64,000 bases of DNA from Candidatus Poribacteria bacterium (GCA_965198175.1 OZ240245.1:3968001-4032000), one strand, 5' to 3'. Counted from the first letter of the stretch, positions 20,969-30,543 are shown. Made by a program: numbers and translations. The notes: generated from the letters alone by a model not told the origin.

Positions 20969-22726
20969 CTATTTGGGTTCAATTTTAAGAATCTTAGCTT
21001 CAAAGAGATTGAGAGCCGGGGCAAGTTGTGCATCTCGTTCAACCTCAGATTGAAACATCATTGAGGCTGTTTTCTGTGCGGTTTTCGAGGTCGTCATCGG
21101 ATTCATATCAGCGGACGTGCTTGAAGCAACGAACTCGATTTGAACGGGATGTCCAATTAAATTCCTCAGAAATTGTACAACAAGAGTCTTCTCCTCATCA
21201 CTAATAATAGATCCACTTGCCAAAGCAGAAGGACAAGCAATTTTCAGTTTTGGAACAGCGTCGGGTGCGGGACCATTGTTTTCTTGAATGGGTAACGGCG
21301 TGGTCGTTTTAAGGTATACATATAGCGCCATATTTTCGGCTCGCAATGTTTGTAAGACCTGTTCCCAAACTTTCCCAAGCTGCTTTGAATCGCGAAGCAA
21401 AGTGTAATCATGTGAGGGGCTAGATTTGAAGTTTGTTTCAGGCTGAATCTTCTCATGGTGATGCGCGAGCTTGGGATTCGTCTGGTCGGCAGCCGATTCG
21501 GAATCAATTTGAGGCGGTGAAGAAAAAGACTGATTTTGGACGACACTGTGTCTGTCAATTTTATCTTCAATCTCCGATAGCCTTCTGACAATCTCTCCCA
21601 GTTGAATGCCTTCTTGAATCGAGCACATATCAATCAGGGCAGATTCAAGGTGGACTTGGGCATACCCATGACGCTTGATCTCGCTATTTGTTCTAGTCAA
21701 AATTTTGATAATCCGCGATAAACGCTCCGGGGTAGTTTGATCCGCTTGTTCCCGCATTCGTTTGAGTTCCGACCTCGAACCCTGAATTAAATTCTCCAGA
21801 TTTGAGTTAATTGCTAGAATCCTTAACTGTCTAAAATAAGTAATGAGTTGGTGTAAGCATTGGAGTAAGTCCACCCCCTGCTTTGCTAGGTTAGCGAGGG
21901 TTTGGAGTGATTCAGATAATTTGCAGTCCAGAATTGCTCGGACGAGTTCATTGATTAGATGTATCGATCCGAATCCCAAAACCCGGTTAATCTTCTCTCC
22001 ATCCAAGATTTTCCCAACTGATGCAATTAATCGCTCCAACAGGTTTTCGGCATCCCTGAGACACCCTTCCGATTGTTGGGCTATTGAAGATAGTCCCTCA
22101 TCGTCAATATGGATATCTTCGGCGGTGCAAATGCTGCGCAGCCGGTTGGCAATCTGATCCAATTCCATGTAGCGAAAGTCGAAATCTTGACAACGGGATA
22201 TAATGGTCTTAGGGATTTTATGGTGTTCAGTTGTTGCGAGGATGAAGATGACGTGCGGGGGAGGTTCTTCAAGCGTTTTCAACAGGGCATTGAAGGCTTC
22301 CTGAGTAAGCATGTGTGCTTCGTCAATGATATATATTTTATAGAGATAAGAAGCCGGCGCAAGTTTGACATTTTCTCGAAGTTCGCGGATAGGATCGATC
22401 CCCCGATTGGATGCCGCATCCATTTCAATCACATCAAAGGATCTGCCCTGAGAGATTCCCACGCAGAACTGACACTGATTACACGGTTCAGCCGTGACTT
22501 CCTGGCCAGATTCTGTCTCTCGATGGCGGTTGGGGCAATTCACCGCCTTTGCCAAAATACGCGCAACCGTTGTTTTACCAGTTCCTCGTGGTCCCCAAAA
22601 CAGGTAGGCATGACCCACCCTATCTGAAAGAATCTGGTTTTTCAAGGTCTTGACAATATGCGTTTGCCCAACGACATCTTCAAATAAGCGGGGGCGCCAT
22701 TTCTGCGCTAAAACCTCATAAGACAT
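20969..22726 (-). CDS. dnaX: DNA polymerase III subunit gamma/tau
   Basis: MSYEVLAQKWRP, GPRGTGKTT, IIDEAHML, SRCQ; ATG chosen after GGGAG RBS. Confidence 0.97.
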   Translation of the reverse strand: MSYEVLAQKWRPRLFEDVVGQTHIVKTLKNQILSDRVGHAYLFWGPRGTGKTTVARILAKAVNCPNRHRETESGQEVTAEPCNQCQFCVGISQGRSFDVIEMDAASNRGIDPIRELRENVKLAPASYLYKIYIIDEAHMLTQEAFNALLKTLEEPPPHVIFILATTEHHKIPKTIISRCQDFDFRYMELDQIANRLRSICTAEDIHIDDEGLSSIAQQSEGCLRDAENLLERLIASVGKILDGEKINRVLGFGSIHLINELVRAILDCKLSESLQTLANLAKQGVDLLQCLHQLITYFRQLRILAINSNLENLIQGSRSELKRMREQADQTTPERLSRIIKILTRTNSEIKRHGYAQVHLESALIDMCSIQEGIQLGEIVRRLSEIEDKIDRHSVVQNQSFSSPPQIDSESAADQTNPKLAHHHEKIQPETNFKSSPSHDYTLLRDSKQLGKVWEQVLQTLRAENMALYVYLKTTTPLPIQENNGPAPDAVPKLKIACPSALASGSIISDEEKTLVVQFLRNLIGHPVQIEFVASSTSADMNPMTTSKTAQKTASMMFQSEVERDAQLAPALNLFEAKILKIEPK

Positions 22727-22850
22727 GATTTCTCCCTTCAAATTAGCGGGGCGGGGTCAACCTTCGAGAGAAACATCAATGTAGGAACAAGTCACTCTGT
22801 TCCGATAGCATTGCCGATAATAGAAGAGAGGGGAGAAACGGTAGAAAATC

Positions 22851-23126
22851 TTGGCTATGCACCTGAAGCTTGACGCGCTCTCCCAAGCGTTACCCAAGCA
22901 GTTAGCTCCGATTAGGCTGCCCTGCGTCACACCTGAAGATTTATCTGCCGCTGCTTCTTTCCAGACCTGACGGGGTTTGATAACTTCAAGTTGCTCAGGA
23001 CCTAATCTTCAACACCACTTACATGGGCCGGACCTCAAAAGAAACTCGCCGTACCCTAGGAATTCAGCCCTGCTATAGCGGATTGCAGGTTCAGGGCACC
23101 GCTACCTCCCCGCTTAGCATAGCCAA
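22851..23126 (-). ncRNA. ffs: Signal recognition particle RNA, large (Alu-domain-containing) type
   Basis: Ends pair (TTGGCTATGC/GCATAGCCAA); 5' GGGGAGGTAGCGGTGCCCTG..CCTGCAATCCGCT Alu-like domain; helix-8 TCAGGTCTGGAAAGAAGCAGC; upstream of dnaX. Confidence 0.92.
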
Positions 23127-23148
23127 GGCATTACGAAGGTCAAATCAG

Positions 23149-23236
23149 CGGAGAGAGTGGGATTTGAACCCACGGTACGGTTGCCCGTACACATGATTTC
23201 CAGTCATGCCGATTCAGCCAGCTCTCGCATCTCTCC
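23149..23236 (-). tRNA. tRNA-Ser(GGA)
   Basis: Anticodon arm CATGA-CTGGAAA-TCATG, long variable arm, GTTCAAATC; no encoded CCA. Confidence 0.95.
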
Positions 23237-23301
23237 GGTAAGCTCACACAAACACAGAAAATGGAACGGTCTGACTACTTGTCAAAAATGAAGGAAAGTA
23301 A

Positions 23302-23373
23302 TGGAGCAGACGGGATTTGAACCCGTGACCTCATCCGTGCGAGGGATGCGCTCTCCCTCTGAGCTACTGCCCC
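23302..23373 (-). tRNA. tRNA-Ala(CGC)
   Basis: GGGGCAG/CTGCTCC acceptor with G3:U70; CATCC-CTCGCAC-GGATG. Confidence 0.95.
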
Positions 23374-23379
23374 ATCAGG

Positions 23380-23467
23380 CGGAGAGAGTGGGATTTGAAC
23401 CCACGGTACGGTTGCCCGCACAGCAGTTTTCGAGACTGCCCGATTCAGCCAGCTCTCGCATCTCTCC
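23380..23467 (-). tRNA. tRNA-Ser(CGA)
   Basis: GCAGT-CTCGAAA-ACTGC anticodon arm, long variable arm. Confidence 0.95.
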
Positions 23468-23473
23468 ACAAGT

Positions 23474-23923
23474 TCAAATTCGTCGATTCTGAAAAAAGGA
23501 TTTGAGAAGACAGCTACTCGCTTCTTCTAAGATACCCGATGTAACATCAACTTGGTGATTTAAACATCCATTTTGTAACAGGTTGAACAGCGTCCCAGCC
23601 GCTCCAGATTTGGGATCGGAAGCAGCATAAACAACACGCGGGATGCGAGCCAAGACAACTGCTCCTGCACACATCGGACATGGCTCCAACGTCACATAAA
23701 GGGTGGTGTTAATCAACCGCCAATCACCGATTTTCCTAGAAGCCTCTCGAATCGCAAGCAACTCAGCGTGGGCTGTTGGATCGCTAGTCTGTTCTCGGAG
23801 GTTGTGCGCGCGGGCAAGCACTACACCATTTCTAACAATGATTGCTCCCACAGGAACTTCACCACGTGCAACGCCCTGACGCGCGATCGCCAGCGTTTCA
23901 CGCATCCAGAGCAGATCCGACAT
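23474..23923 (-). CDS. tadA: tRNA adenosine(34) deaminase
   Basis: GEVPVGA, TAHAE, TLEPCPMCAGA. Confidence 0.95.
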   Translation of the reverse strand: MSDLLWMRETLAIARQGVARGEVPVGAIIVRNGVVLARAHNLREQTSDPTAHAELLAIREASRKIGDWRLINTTLYVTLEPCPMCAGAVVLARIPRVVYAASDPKSGAAGTLFNLLQNGCLNHQVDVTSGILEEASSCLLKSFFQNRRI

Positions 23924-24011
23924 AAATCCCCACAACCTAGAATGTAGGTGCTCGTTTCCAATTGTTTGTATCGTTCATCGGAAATCCTTACCTACCATTT
24001 AACGAGAAATA

Positions 24012-24085
24012 AGCGCCTGAGAGGATTCGAACCCCCGACCTTCTGATCCGTAGTCAGATGCTCTGATCCACTGAGCTACAGGCGC
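24012..24085 (-). tRNA. tRNA-Arg(ACG)
   Basis: GCGCCTG/CAGGCGC acceptor; TCTGA-CTACGGA-TCAGA. Confidence 0.95.
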
Positions 24086-24092
24086 ATCATCA

Positions 24093-24180
24093 TGGCGGAG
24101 AGGATGGGATTCGAACCCATGGTGGCTTGCGCCACAACTGCTTAGCAGGCAGCCCGATTCAACCGCTCTCGCACCTCTCC
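24093..24180 (-). tRNA. tRNA-Ser(GCT)
   Basis: CTGC-CTGCTAA-GCAG anticodon arm, variable arm, encoded CCA. Confidence 0.95.
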
Positions 24181-24195
24181 ACAATGTATACTGAA

Positions 24196-24283
24196 TGGCG
24201 GTGGGAGTAGGATTTGAACCCACGGTGACTTGCGCCACAACGGTTTTCAAGACCGCCGCATTCAACCACTCTGCCATCCCACC
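24196..24283 (-). tRNA. tRNA-Ser(TGA)
   Basis: CGGT-CTTGAAA-ACCG anticodon arm, variable arm, encoded CCA. Confidence 0.95.
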
Positions 24284-24298
24284 TCAAAACATTTAGTT

Positions 24299-24328
24299 AT
24301 TGTACCAAAAAAAAACAGTCGTTGTCAA
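24299..24328 (-). promoter_or_regulatory. Sigma-70-type promoter for the tRNA-tadA-ffs-dnaX unit
   Basis: TTGACA-18 nt-TACAAT, 15 nt before tRNA-Ser(TGA). Confidence 0.75.
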
Positions 24329-24539
24329 TGGAAAATCAGATGATGAAAGGTCACATGTTGCTTTTGTTAGACCGGTACTCCCGATACTAAGCCTAACCAC
24401 TTTTATTCCATGTGAATATTGATTTTTGTGGAGGAATCGTATGACTTAACTATTCTTTCCCTTTTCGTACACCTCCACTTCTTTTATTTTTGGAGGGATC
24501 CAATACATCACACGTCGGAACTCACTCATTTACAGACAT

Positions 24540-25463
24540 CTAGTCCCAGACACCAATATTCTGTAGAATGCTCTTTTTGATCTTACAAACCATCGTATAA
24601 GCAGGATTGAAAACATTGCCAAGATCGTATTCCACGCACTGACCAAGCAAGATGTGTGCCGCGTTTCCTTCCAAACCTAATTCTTCAAGCCAATGAATCA
24701 TCTCTGTTGTTGCATACTGCACCGCTCCATCCAGAGGCCGTGCGTTGCCAACCGTCAGAAGATACGTATCATTTTCTGCCCTGGGCCAATTGATTTGCTT
24801 CTCTTTTAGCAAATTGACGGTGAACTGGACATCGAAAGAGATTTCTATTCCTGTACCGACAATCTCGCCATCTCCCTGTAAGGCGTGTCCATCGCCGATG
24901 TGAAACAGCGCACCGGGCACGAAGACAGGCAGGTAGACCGTGACGCCTTCAACAAAACCGCGATAGTCCATATTGCCGCCGTGCGTCGAGGAAGTTGCCG
25001 TAGAGATTGCTTGTCCTTGTGGCGGAGCGACGCCAAAACAGCCAACCATAGGTGCTAACGGCAGCGTAAGGGTCCCCAATTTTGTCTCTGGAGAAATCAA
25101 GGTAGCCGTCCACTCCTCTAAATCAATTTCCCATTCTGCCGGTCCATCTTTCGGCAAACTTGAAGCAACATAATACGGGTCAAGGACGTTCGGGGCAACA
25201 ACTGTCAGCGTTCGTCCAATCTTCCGATTGGGCGCAATCCGGTCGAAATGAAGGACGAATGTATCCTCCGGCTCCGCACCGGTGATGTAAAACGGGCCTG
25301 TCTGAGGGTTGCCCCTCGGCGCCACTTTTTCATCGGCGGCATCATGTCCCCAAGCATCCACCGTCGTTGTGATGACGGTATCGCCGCTTTCAATGTGTAG
25401 CACCGGCTCGTGTGAACCAATCGCTGTATGATAAACGGTAGGTTGAAAGTGATGGATAGCCAT
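24540..25463 (-). CDS. Acetamidase/formamidase family protein
   Basis: NPQTGPFYITGAEP, PMVGCFGVAP, HGGNMD, GDGHALQGDGE; ATG 25463 after GGAG. Confidence 0.9.
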   Translation of the reverse strand: MAIHHFQPTVYHTAIGSHEPVLHIESGDTVITTTVDAWGHDAADEKVAPRGNPQTGPFYITGAEPEDTFVLHFDRIAPNRKIGRTLTVVAPNVLDPYYVASSLPKDGPAEWEIDLEEWTATLISPETKLGTLTLPLAPMVGCFGVAPPQGQAISTATSSTHGGNMDYRGFVEGVTVYLPVFVPGALFHIGDGHALQGDGEIVGTGIEISFDVQFTVNLLKEKQINWPRAENDTYLLTVGNARPLDGAVQYATTEMIHWLEELGLEGNAAHILLGQCVEYDLGNVFNPAYTMVCKIKKSILQNIGVWD

Positions 25464-25486
25464 GTTCTGTTCTCCAGTTTTTTCTA

Positions 25487-26449
25487 CTACCAAAGGTTGC
25501 CCGAGGGCGGCACGAGTCGAAAATGTGCAATCTCCGGCAGTGTCATAAACCGGATTGGGAGGCCAATCACACCGAGTCCACGACAAACATAGAGTCTAGA
25601 TTGACCGACATAGAAGAGCCCAGCAAGATATTTTCTACCAATCTTTGGCGGGACAAATGGCAACGAAATCTGCCCCCCATGGCTGTGTCCTGATAACACC
25701 AAATCGAACCGATGGTGGGCGATGGATTCAATTGGATAGGGATTGTGCATCAAGAGGATTCGTGGTTCAGCAGATGACGGTACGGCGGCTAAAGCTCTCT
25801 CTAAATCAAAATCCCCTGATAAAAAATCATCACAGCCGATGAGCCATAGGCGATCCCCGCCTCGACGCAGAGGTACAGACTCGTTCATCAAAACTCTGAT
25901 TCCCGCATCGGTCAAAGCATTGAACACTACATCGCCATCACCCTTCCAGCGTTTTCGCCGAGGGAACACGCTGTTTTCGAATCTAGGCGTTGATGTTCCA
26001 TTTGCGCTCCAACACTTCTTTCGCTGAAGAAATATCCCATTCTCAGAAGCGTCATGCCCGTGATCGTGATTGCCTAGCACCGCACACACCGGAATGCCTG
26101 ACCCAATGATGATTTTTCGAATCGCCTGTGCCAGAGGCTCCACGTACTTTGCCTGACGAGTAATGTAGTCGCCTGTGAGGACAACCAGATCCGGTCGTAA
26201 ACGAACCACCTTCCACAAACAGGCTCGGAGGTAATTCAGTTTGACAATTGAACTGTGGTGCAGGTCAGTGAGTTGAACAATTGAAAACCCATCGAAGGAG
26301 GGAGGAAGATTATTAATCCTAATATGGTGTTGGGTGATTTCGACCCATTTCGGTTCAATTAAAGCGGCATAATTTGTTAATGTGATACCACTGATGCCAA
26401 CAGTGTGAAGAAATCTGTGCAAGAATTTAGGTGGTTTTTGTCGCATCAC
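25487..26449 (-). CDS. Metallophosphoesterase (YkuE/YaeI-like)
   Basis: TDLH, TGD, GNHD, LMHNP, GHSHGGQ, GLG. Confidence 0.9.
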   Translation of the reverse strand: MMRQKPPKFLHRFLHTVGISGITLTNYAALIEPKWVEITQHHIRINNLPPSFDGFSIVQLTDLHHSSIVKLNYLRACLWKVVRLRPDLVVLTGDYITRQAKYVEPLAQAIRKIIIGSGIPVCAVLGNHDHGHDASENGIFLQRKKCWSANGTSTPRFENSVFPRRKRWKGDGDVVFNALTDAGIRVLMNESVPLRRGGDRLWLIGCDDFLSGDFDLERALAAVPSSAEPRILLMHNPYPIESIAHHRFDLVLSGHSHGGQISLPFVPPKIGRKYLAGLFYVGQSRLYVCRGLGVIGLPIRFMTLPEIAHFRLVPPSGNLW

Positions 26450-26933
26450 ATGAGACTACCCCCTAGCAGCCATGAAAACCTTTTTAAGGAACAACCGCGC
26501 ACAATCCCTCGTAAATGATATGACTCCATCAGGAAAACATAGATTTTGTTGGGTGGGAATACGAAGGAGGCAAAATGTATTGTTGGTGATAGAATAACAT
26601 AAAACCTGCAACTTTTGCAAGATGAAGAAAAGACTTCACCGATTCCTCAATGGACGTAGGGATTAGAGATTCAATCGAAATCAGCACGATTAATACCAGC
26701 ATCTGTAACGCTGGTATACGAAAGTTGTTAATCTGTGAGAGTGTGCAAGGTTGATTCGCCTCTGTCGAACATTGCACCTACAGCGTTCTTGAGCAGAGCG
26801 AATGGCACCCGCTTGCGTAAATTCGAGTCAATTTTTTTTCCGTGGTGATGAAGAGAGGGAAGCGCCTTCATAACCCGGACCGCCCAGTCATGCTGCCAAA
26901 GCGTACAGTGGCGGATATTTCTTGCTTTTTATG

Positions 26934-26962
26934 TTGACGGCATAGACACGCAATTATACAAT
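26934..26962 (+). promoter_or_regulatory. Sigma-70-type promoter ~195 nt upstream of the second acetamidase
   Basis: TTGACG-17 nt-TACAAT. Confidence 0.6.
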
Positions 26963-27157
26963 AGAGTTGGACTTCTGTTGGGATAACCTCTACTGTGAAC
27001 TAGTACCATGTGATATGCAGGTTATATTAAATTTCCCCGGTTTTGGAAGGCTGCCCTGACTATTGTCAGTTCCAGTCACAACCCATCAACGTGATTTGAG
27101 CATATCCTAAATTGTGAATTGGCACAGTTGAGAATGCGGATATCCGGTTAATGTTGA

Positions 27158-28045
27158 ATGAGAACGCACATCATCACCCGTGACCACATTGTTTATAGTT
27201 TCAGCCGAGAGCATCGCCCAGTTCGAAAAATCGATGCGGGCGACAAAATCTGCTTTGAAACCTATGATGCGAGAACCGGTACCATTCGGAGTGAGGACAA
27301 TCTCCTGGACCACCCGCACCCACTCGGTGCGAATCCAGCAACTGGACCAGTCTTCGTACGTGGTGCCGAACCGGGTGATACGCTACGCGTTGAGATGCTA
27401 GAGGTCCAACTTGCATCACAGGGCTTCATCGCTATCAAGGCGGGGTTAGGAAATTTGGGACATCTCGCCGAAAGGTATGTGACTCGGCTCGTTCGGATTG
27501 AAGACGGCATCGTGTACTTTGATGATCGCCTCCGCTTTCCTGTTCGCCCGATGATTGGCGTCATTGGCACCGCACCTGCCGGAGAAGCTGTCCCTACGCT
27601 TTACCCCGGTCCGCATGGCGGCAACATGGATCACAATGATGTAAAAGTAGGTTCATGTGTTCATCTACCTGTTTTTGTAGAGGGCGCACTGTTTGGGCTT
27701 GGAGATGTTCATGCGGCGATGGGAGACGCTGAGGTCACAATGACCGGAATAGAGATTTGCGCTGAAGTCACCGTACGAGTGACTCTCATCAAAGATGAAT
27801 CAATCCCCCGTCCGTGGATCGAGACCGATGAGTCATGGATTACGACGGGTGATGCGCCCTATCTTGCCGATGCCATCACCGTTGCCTGTGAAGAAATGGC
27901 GAATCTTCTCCAGCATAAACTATCCGTTTCATTCGACGACGCCTATCTGCTGATGAGTGCCATCGGCGACGTGCGAATTAGCCAATCCTGCCAACCGAAT
28001 CAATTTCCTGCCACAATTCGCGTAGTTTTTCCAAAGATCAGTTGA
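27158..28045 (+). CDS. Acetamidase/formamidase family protein
   Basis: NPATGPVFVRGAEPGD, PMIGVIGTAP, HGGNMD, GDVHAAMGDAE. Confidence 0.9.
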   Translation: MRTHIITRDHIVYSFSREHRPVRKIDAGDKICFETYDARTGTIRSEDNLLDHPHPLGANPATGPVFVRGAEPGDTLRVEMLEVQLASQGFIAIKAGLGNLGHLAERYVTRLVRIEDGIVYFDDRLRFPVRPMIGVIGTAPAGEAVPTLYPGPHGGNMDHNDVKVGSCVHLPVFVEGALFGLGDVHAAMGDAEVTMTGIEICAEVTVRVTLIKDESIPRPWIETDESWITTGDAPYLADAITVACEEMANLLQHKLSVSFDDAYLLMSAIGDVRISQSCQPNQFPATIRVVFPKIS

Positions 28046-28367
28046 TACTTCTAGGGACAAAAAACTGAGTCGCTTTCTTGCATTGATGCTTTGCCACTGA
28101 AAAGAATCTTGACCTTGACGGCTGAGATATGGTATATTTTCCACGTTCTGAGCGGATTCGGAGTTCAAATTTTGTAGGAGGCGAAAATAGAATTGTAGAC
28201 AATTCGCCCCGGCGATTCGAGAACATCAATTAACTTCGTACATATCAGGTCAATCCCCAAAAGTTACCAAAGTTAAGAAGACAAAGCGGAACGATATATT
28301 GATGTAGCGTCTGAAAATTTAGAAGGATTTATCAGCCCCGATCAAAGACGTTCAATAATTATCGAAG

Positions 28368-28423
28368 AAAAGCCCATGTCTGAGTTCGGTTCCGAAAACC
28401 GGATTCGGTTGTGGGCTTTTTTT
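28368..28423 (+). terminator. Intrinsic terminator-like hairpin
   Basis: AAAAGCCCA...TGGGC followed by a T7 run; extended imperfect inner stem. Confidence 0.65.
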
Positions 28424-28605
28424 AATATAACGTTCCACTAACACGATACAAGTTTTACAACCGCTGTGAATTGATGATTGGAAGGGATTTTGTACTGAAT
28501 TTTACAGGATTCCATGTTAGTTGCGCGTAGGAATGCAATATCATCGGCTCTATCAATAATCGCACCCACCTCACAAGTTGGTAGACCGTTGGAAAGAGCA
28601 ATCGA

Positions 28606-30303
28606 ATGACAAATGACGAAATTAGCGAAGTATTGAGAAATATCAGCAATCTGCTTCAGATTCAAGGCGAAGACTCCTTCCGCGCCAGAATTTATGAGAG
28701 ATCGGCAGAGTCGATCGAGTCGCTCACCGTTGATTTAGATCGGTTGGTTGAAGAGGAACGGCTTCGCTCGATTCCGGGTATCGGCAAAGCGATCGAGCAG
28801 AAGATTATCGAAATGTTGGAGACAGGGCGATGCCGTTTCTATGACAACTTAATTCAAGAGATGGGCTCCGAGGTGCTGGATCTGCTACGAGTGCGAGGGG
28901 TTGGGACGAAAACAGCCTGTCGCTTCTACCAAGAGTTAGGCGTGAAAAGTCCAAGCGATCTCCGGGAAGCAATTGATAGTGGTCAACTCCATGAAATGAA
29001 GCGGATGGGCGCCAAGACAATCGCGGCAATTGATGAGGGATTGCAATTTCTTGAAGCGCAATGGCAAAAGCGTCCACTCTGGAAGATTCTACCGATTGCT
29101 CACGTCGTTCTTGATGCGTTAGAGCATTGTGATGAAATCGGACGAATTGATTTCACAGGAGATTTCCGAAGGCGCGAAGAGGTATTACAAAGCCTTGAGT
29201 TAATAGCTGAATGCGAAAACCCGCCAGCGATTGCTGAAATCTTGTCCGGGATAGATGGCGTTAAATCGGCGGAATTGGAGAATGATGTATTAGTCGTTGC
29301 ATCTGTGGATGCTGGATTTCCACTACGCATCTATTGTTTCGGGTCAGAGACGTATGAAGAAGGGCTGTTAATGACGACGGGCCTTGATGCGCACATAGCG
29401 AAACTCAATCAGATTGCTATAACGCGAAACCTTGATGAGTTGTGCACGCTCTTGCCCGTCTGGTGCAAAAATAAGACAGAGTCTGACATCTACAATCAAC
29501 TTGGATTGCCTTTCATCGCTCCTGAATTACGAGGGACCGCAGATGCGATTGAAGCGGCATTGACAGGCGATCTGCCGATACTTATTGAGCCTGGAGATCT
29601 CCGCTGCGATCTCCATATCCACACCGATTGGAGCGATGGACGGCATTCGATCAGAGAGATGATAGAAGCTGCCAAGGCGTTTGGACATGAATACATCGCT
29701 ATCACCGATCACTCAGAATCATCACGGGTAGCAAATGGATTGACTCCTGAACGGCTCCTGGAACAGATTAAACACATCCGCGAAATCAATGCGGAAATTG
29801 ACAACATCGAAGTGCTAGCTGGCTCTGAAGTCGATATCCGCACAGATGGAAGCCTCGACTTTTCCGATGAAATCCTGGAGCAACTCGATATCGTTATCGC
29901 AAGTGTTCATACTGGCTTCACGTTCAGCGAAGCAGAGATGACAGCGCGCGTGATTCGTGCCATTGAAAATCCGTTTGTCACGATTATCGGCCACCCAACA
30001 GGACGGTTACTTGGTCGGCGTCCGGGGTATGCAATTGGCCTTGATGCAGTCATCAGCGCAGCCGCTGCTCATGATGTTGTGTTAGAAATTAACGCATCCC
30101 CAAGCCGGTTGGATCTCGAGCCAAGTGTCGCCCGACATGCGCGGAGAAACGGGGTTTTACTAGCGATTAATACAGATGCTCATGCGACCAAACAGGTCGA
30201 ACACATCGCGTTTGGCGTCAACGTTGCACGGCGGGGTTGGCTAGAGAAGGAGGATGTAATCAATACCTATCCGTTGGAGGTGTTGAAGAAGATTATCTCT
30301 TGA
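28606..30303 (+). CDS. polX: PolX-PHP protein (polymerase site degenerate, PHP domain intact)
   Basis: HhH motifs IPGIGK, VRGVGTK, GLPFIAPELR; PHP motifs HIHTDWSDG, TDHS, GHPTGR, EIN, TDAH. Confidence 0.92.
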   Translation: MTNDEISEVLRNISNLLQIQGEDSFRARIYERSAESIESLTVDLDRLVEEERLRSIPGIGKAIEQKIIEMLETGRCRFYDNLIQEMGSEVLDLLRVRGVGTKTACRFYQELGVKSPSDLREAIDSGQLHEMKRMGAKTIAAIDEGLQFLEAQWQKRPLWKILPIAHVVLDALEHCDEIGRIDFTGDFRRREEVLQSLELIAECENPPAIAEILSGIDGVKSAELENDVLVVASVDAGFPLRIYCFGSETYEEGLLMTTGLDAHIAKLNQIAITRNLDELCTLLPVWCKNKTESDIYNQLGLPFIAPELRGTADAIEAALTGDLPILIEPGDLRCDLHIHTDWSDGRHSIREMIEAAKAFGHEYIAITDHSESSRVANGLTPERLLEQIKHIREINAEIDNIEVLAGSEVDIRTDGSLDFSDEILEQLDIVIASVHTGFTFSEAEMTARVIRAIENPFVTIIGHPTGRLLGRRPGYAIGLDAVISAAAAHDVVLEINASPSRLDLEPSVARHARRNGVLLAINTDAHATKQVEHIAFGVNVARRGWLEKEDVINTYPLEVLKKIIS

Positions 30304-30476
30304 TATAGATATAGAATCTATCTGGAAACCCTTCCCCAAGCTGTTCTGAATCCAACGGCTTCGATAAAAGGATAAGAGGGCGCCGGAATGGAAAAACCCC
30401 CTACTTCTATTGATTCCCCATTAACCATCATTTTTCAAAATAGCACGCGAGCAAAATGCTTTCCTGCACTTTTTCT

Positions 30477-30505
30477 TTGACATCACCGGGCGGTTATGGT
30501 AGATT
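30477..30505 (+). promoter_or_regulatory. Sigma-70-type promoter for the rhomboid gene
   Basis: TTGACA-17 nt-TAGATT with TG extension. Confidence 0.6.
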
Positions 30506-30543
30506 TCCGTTGAATCTTAAATTAGGTCGAACCTGAGTAAACC

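Noticed and set aside
23275..24277. ORFs 23275-23469, 23301-23492 and 23999-24277
   Set aside because: They overlap tRNA genes and are translation shadows
23149..24283. Prophage or island integrated at a tRNA
   Set aside because: No integrase and no duplicated tRNA 3' end elsewhere in the window
26802..26818. Sigma-54 promoter TGGCACCCGCTTGC
   Set aside because: GG-to-GC spacing is 9, not the required 10
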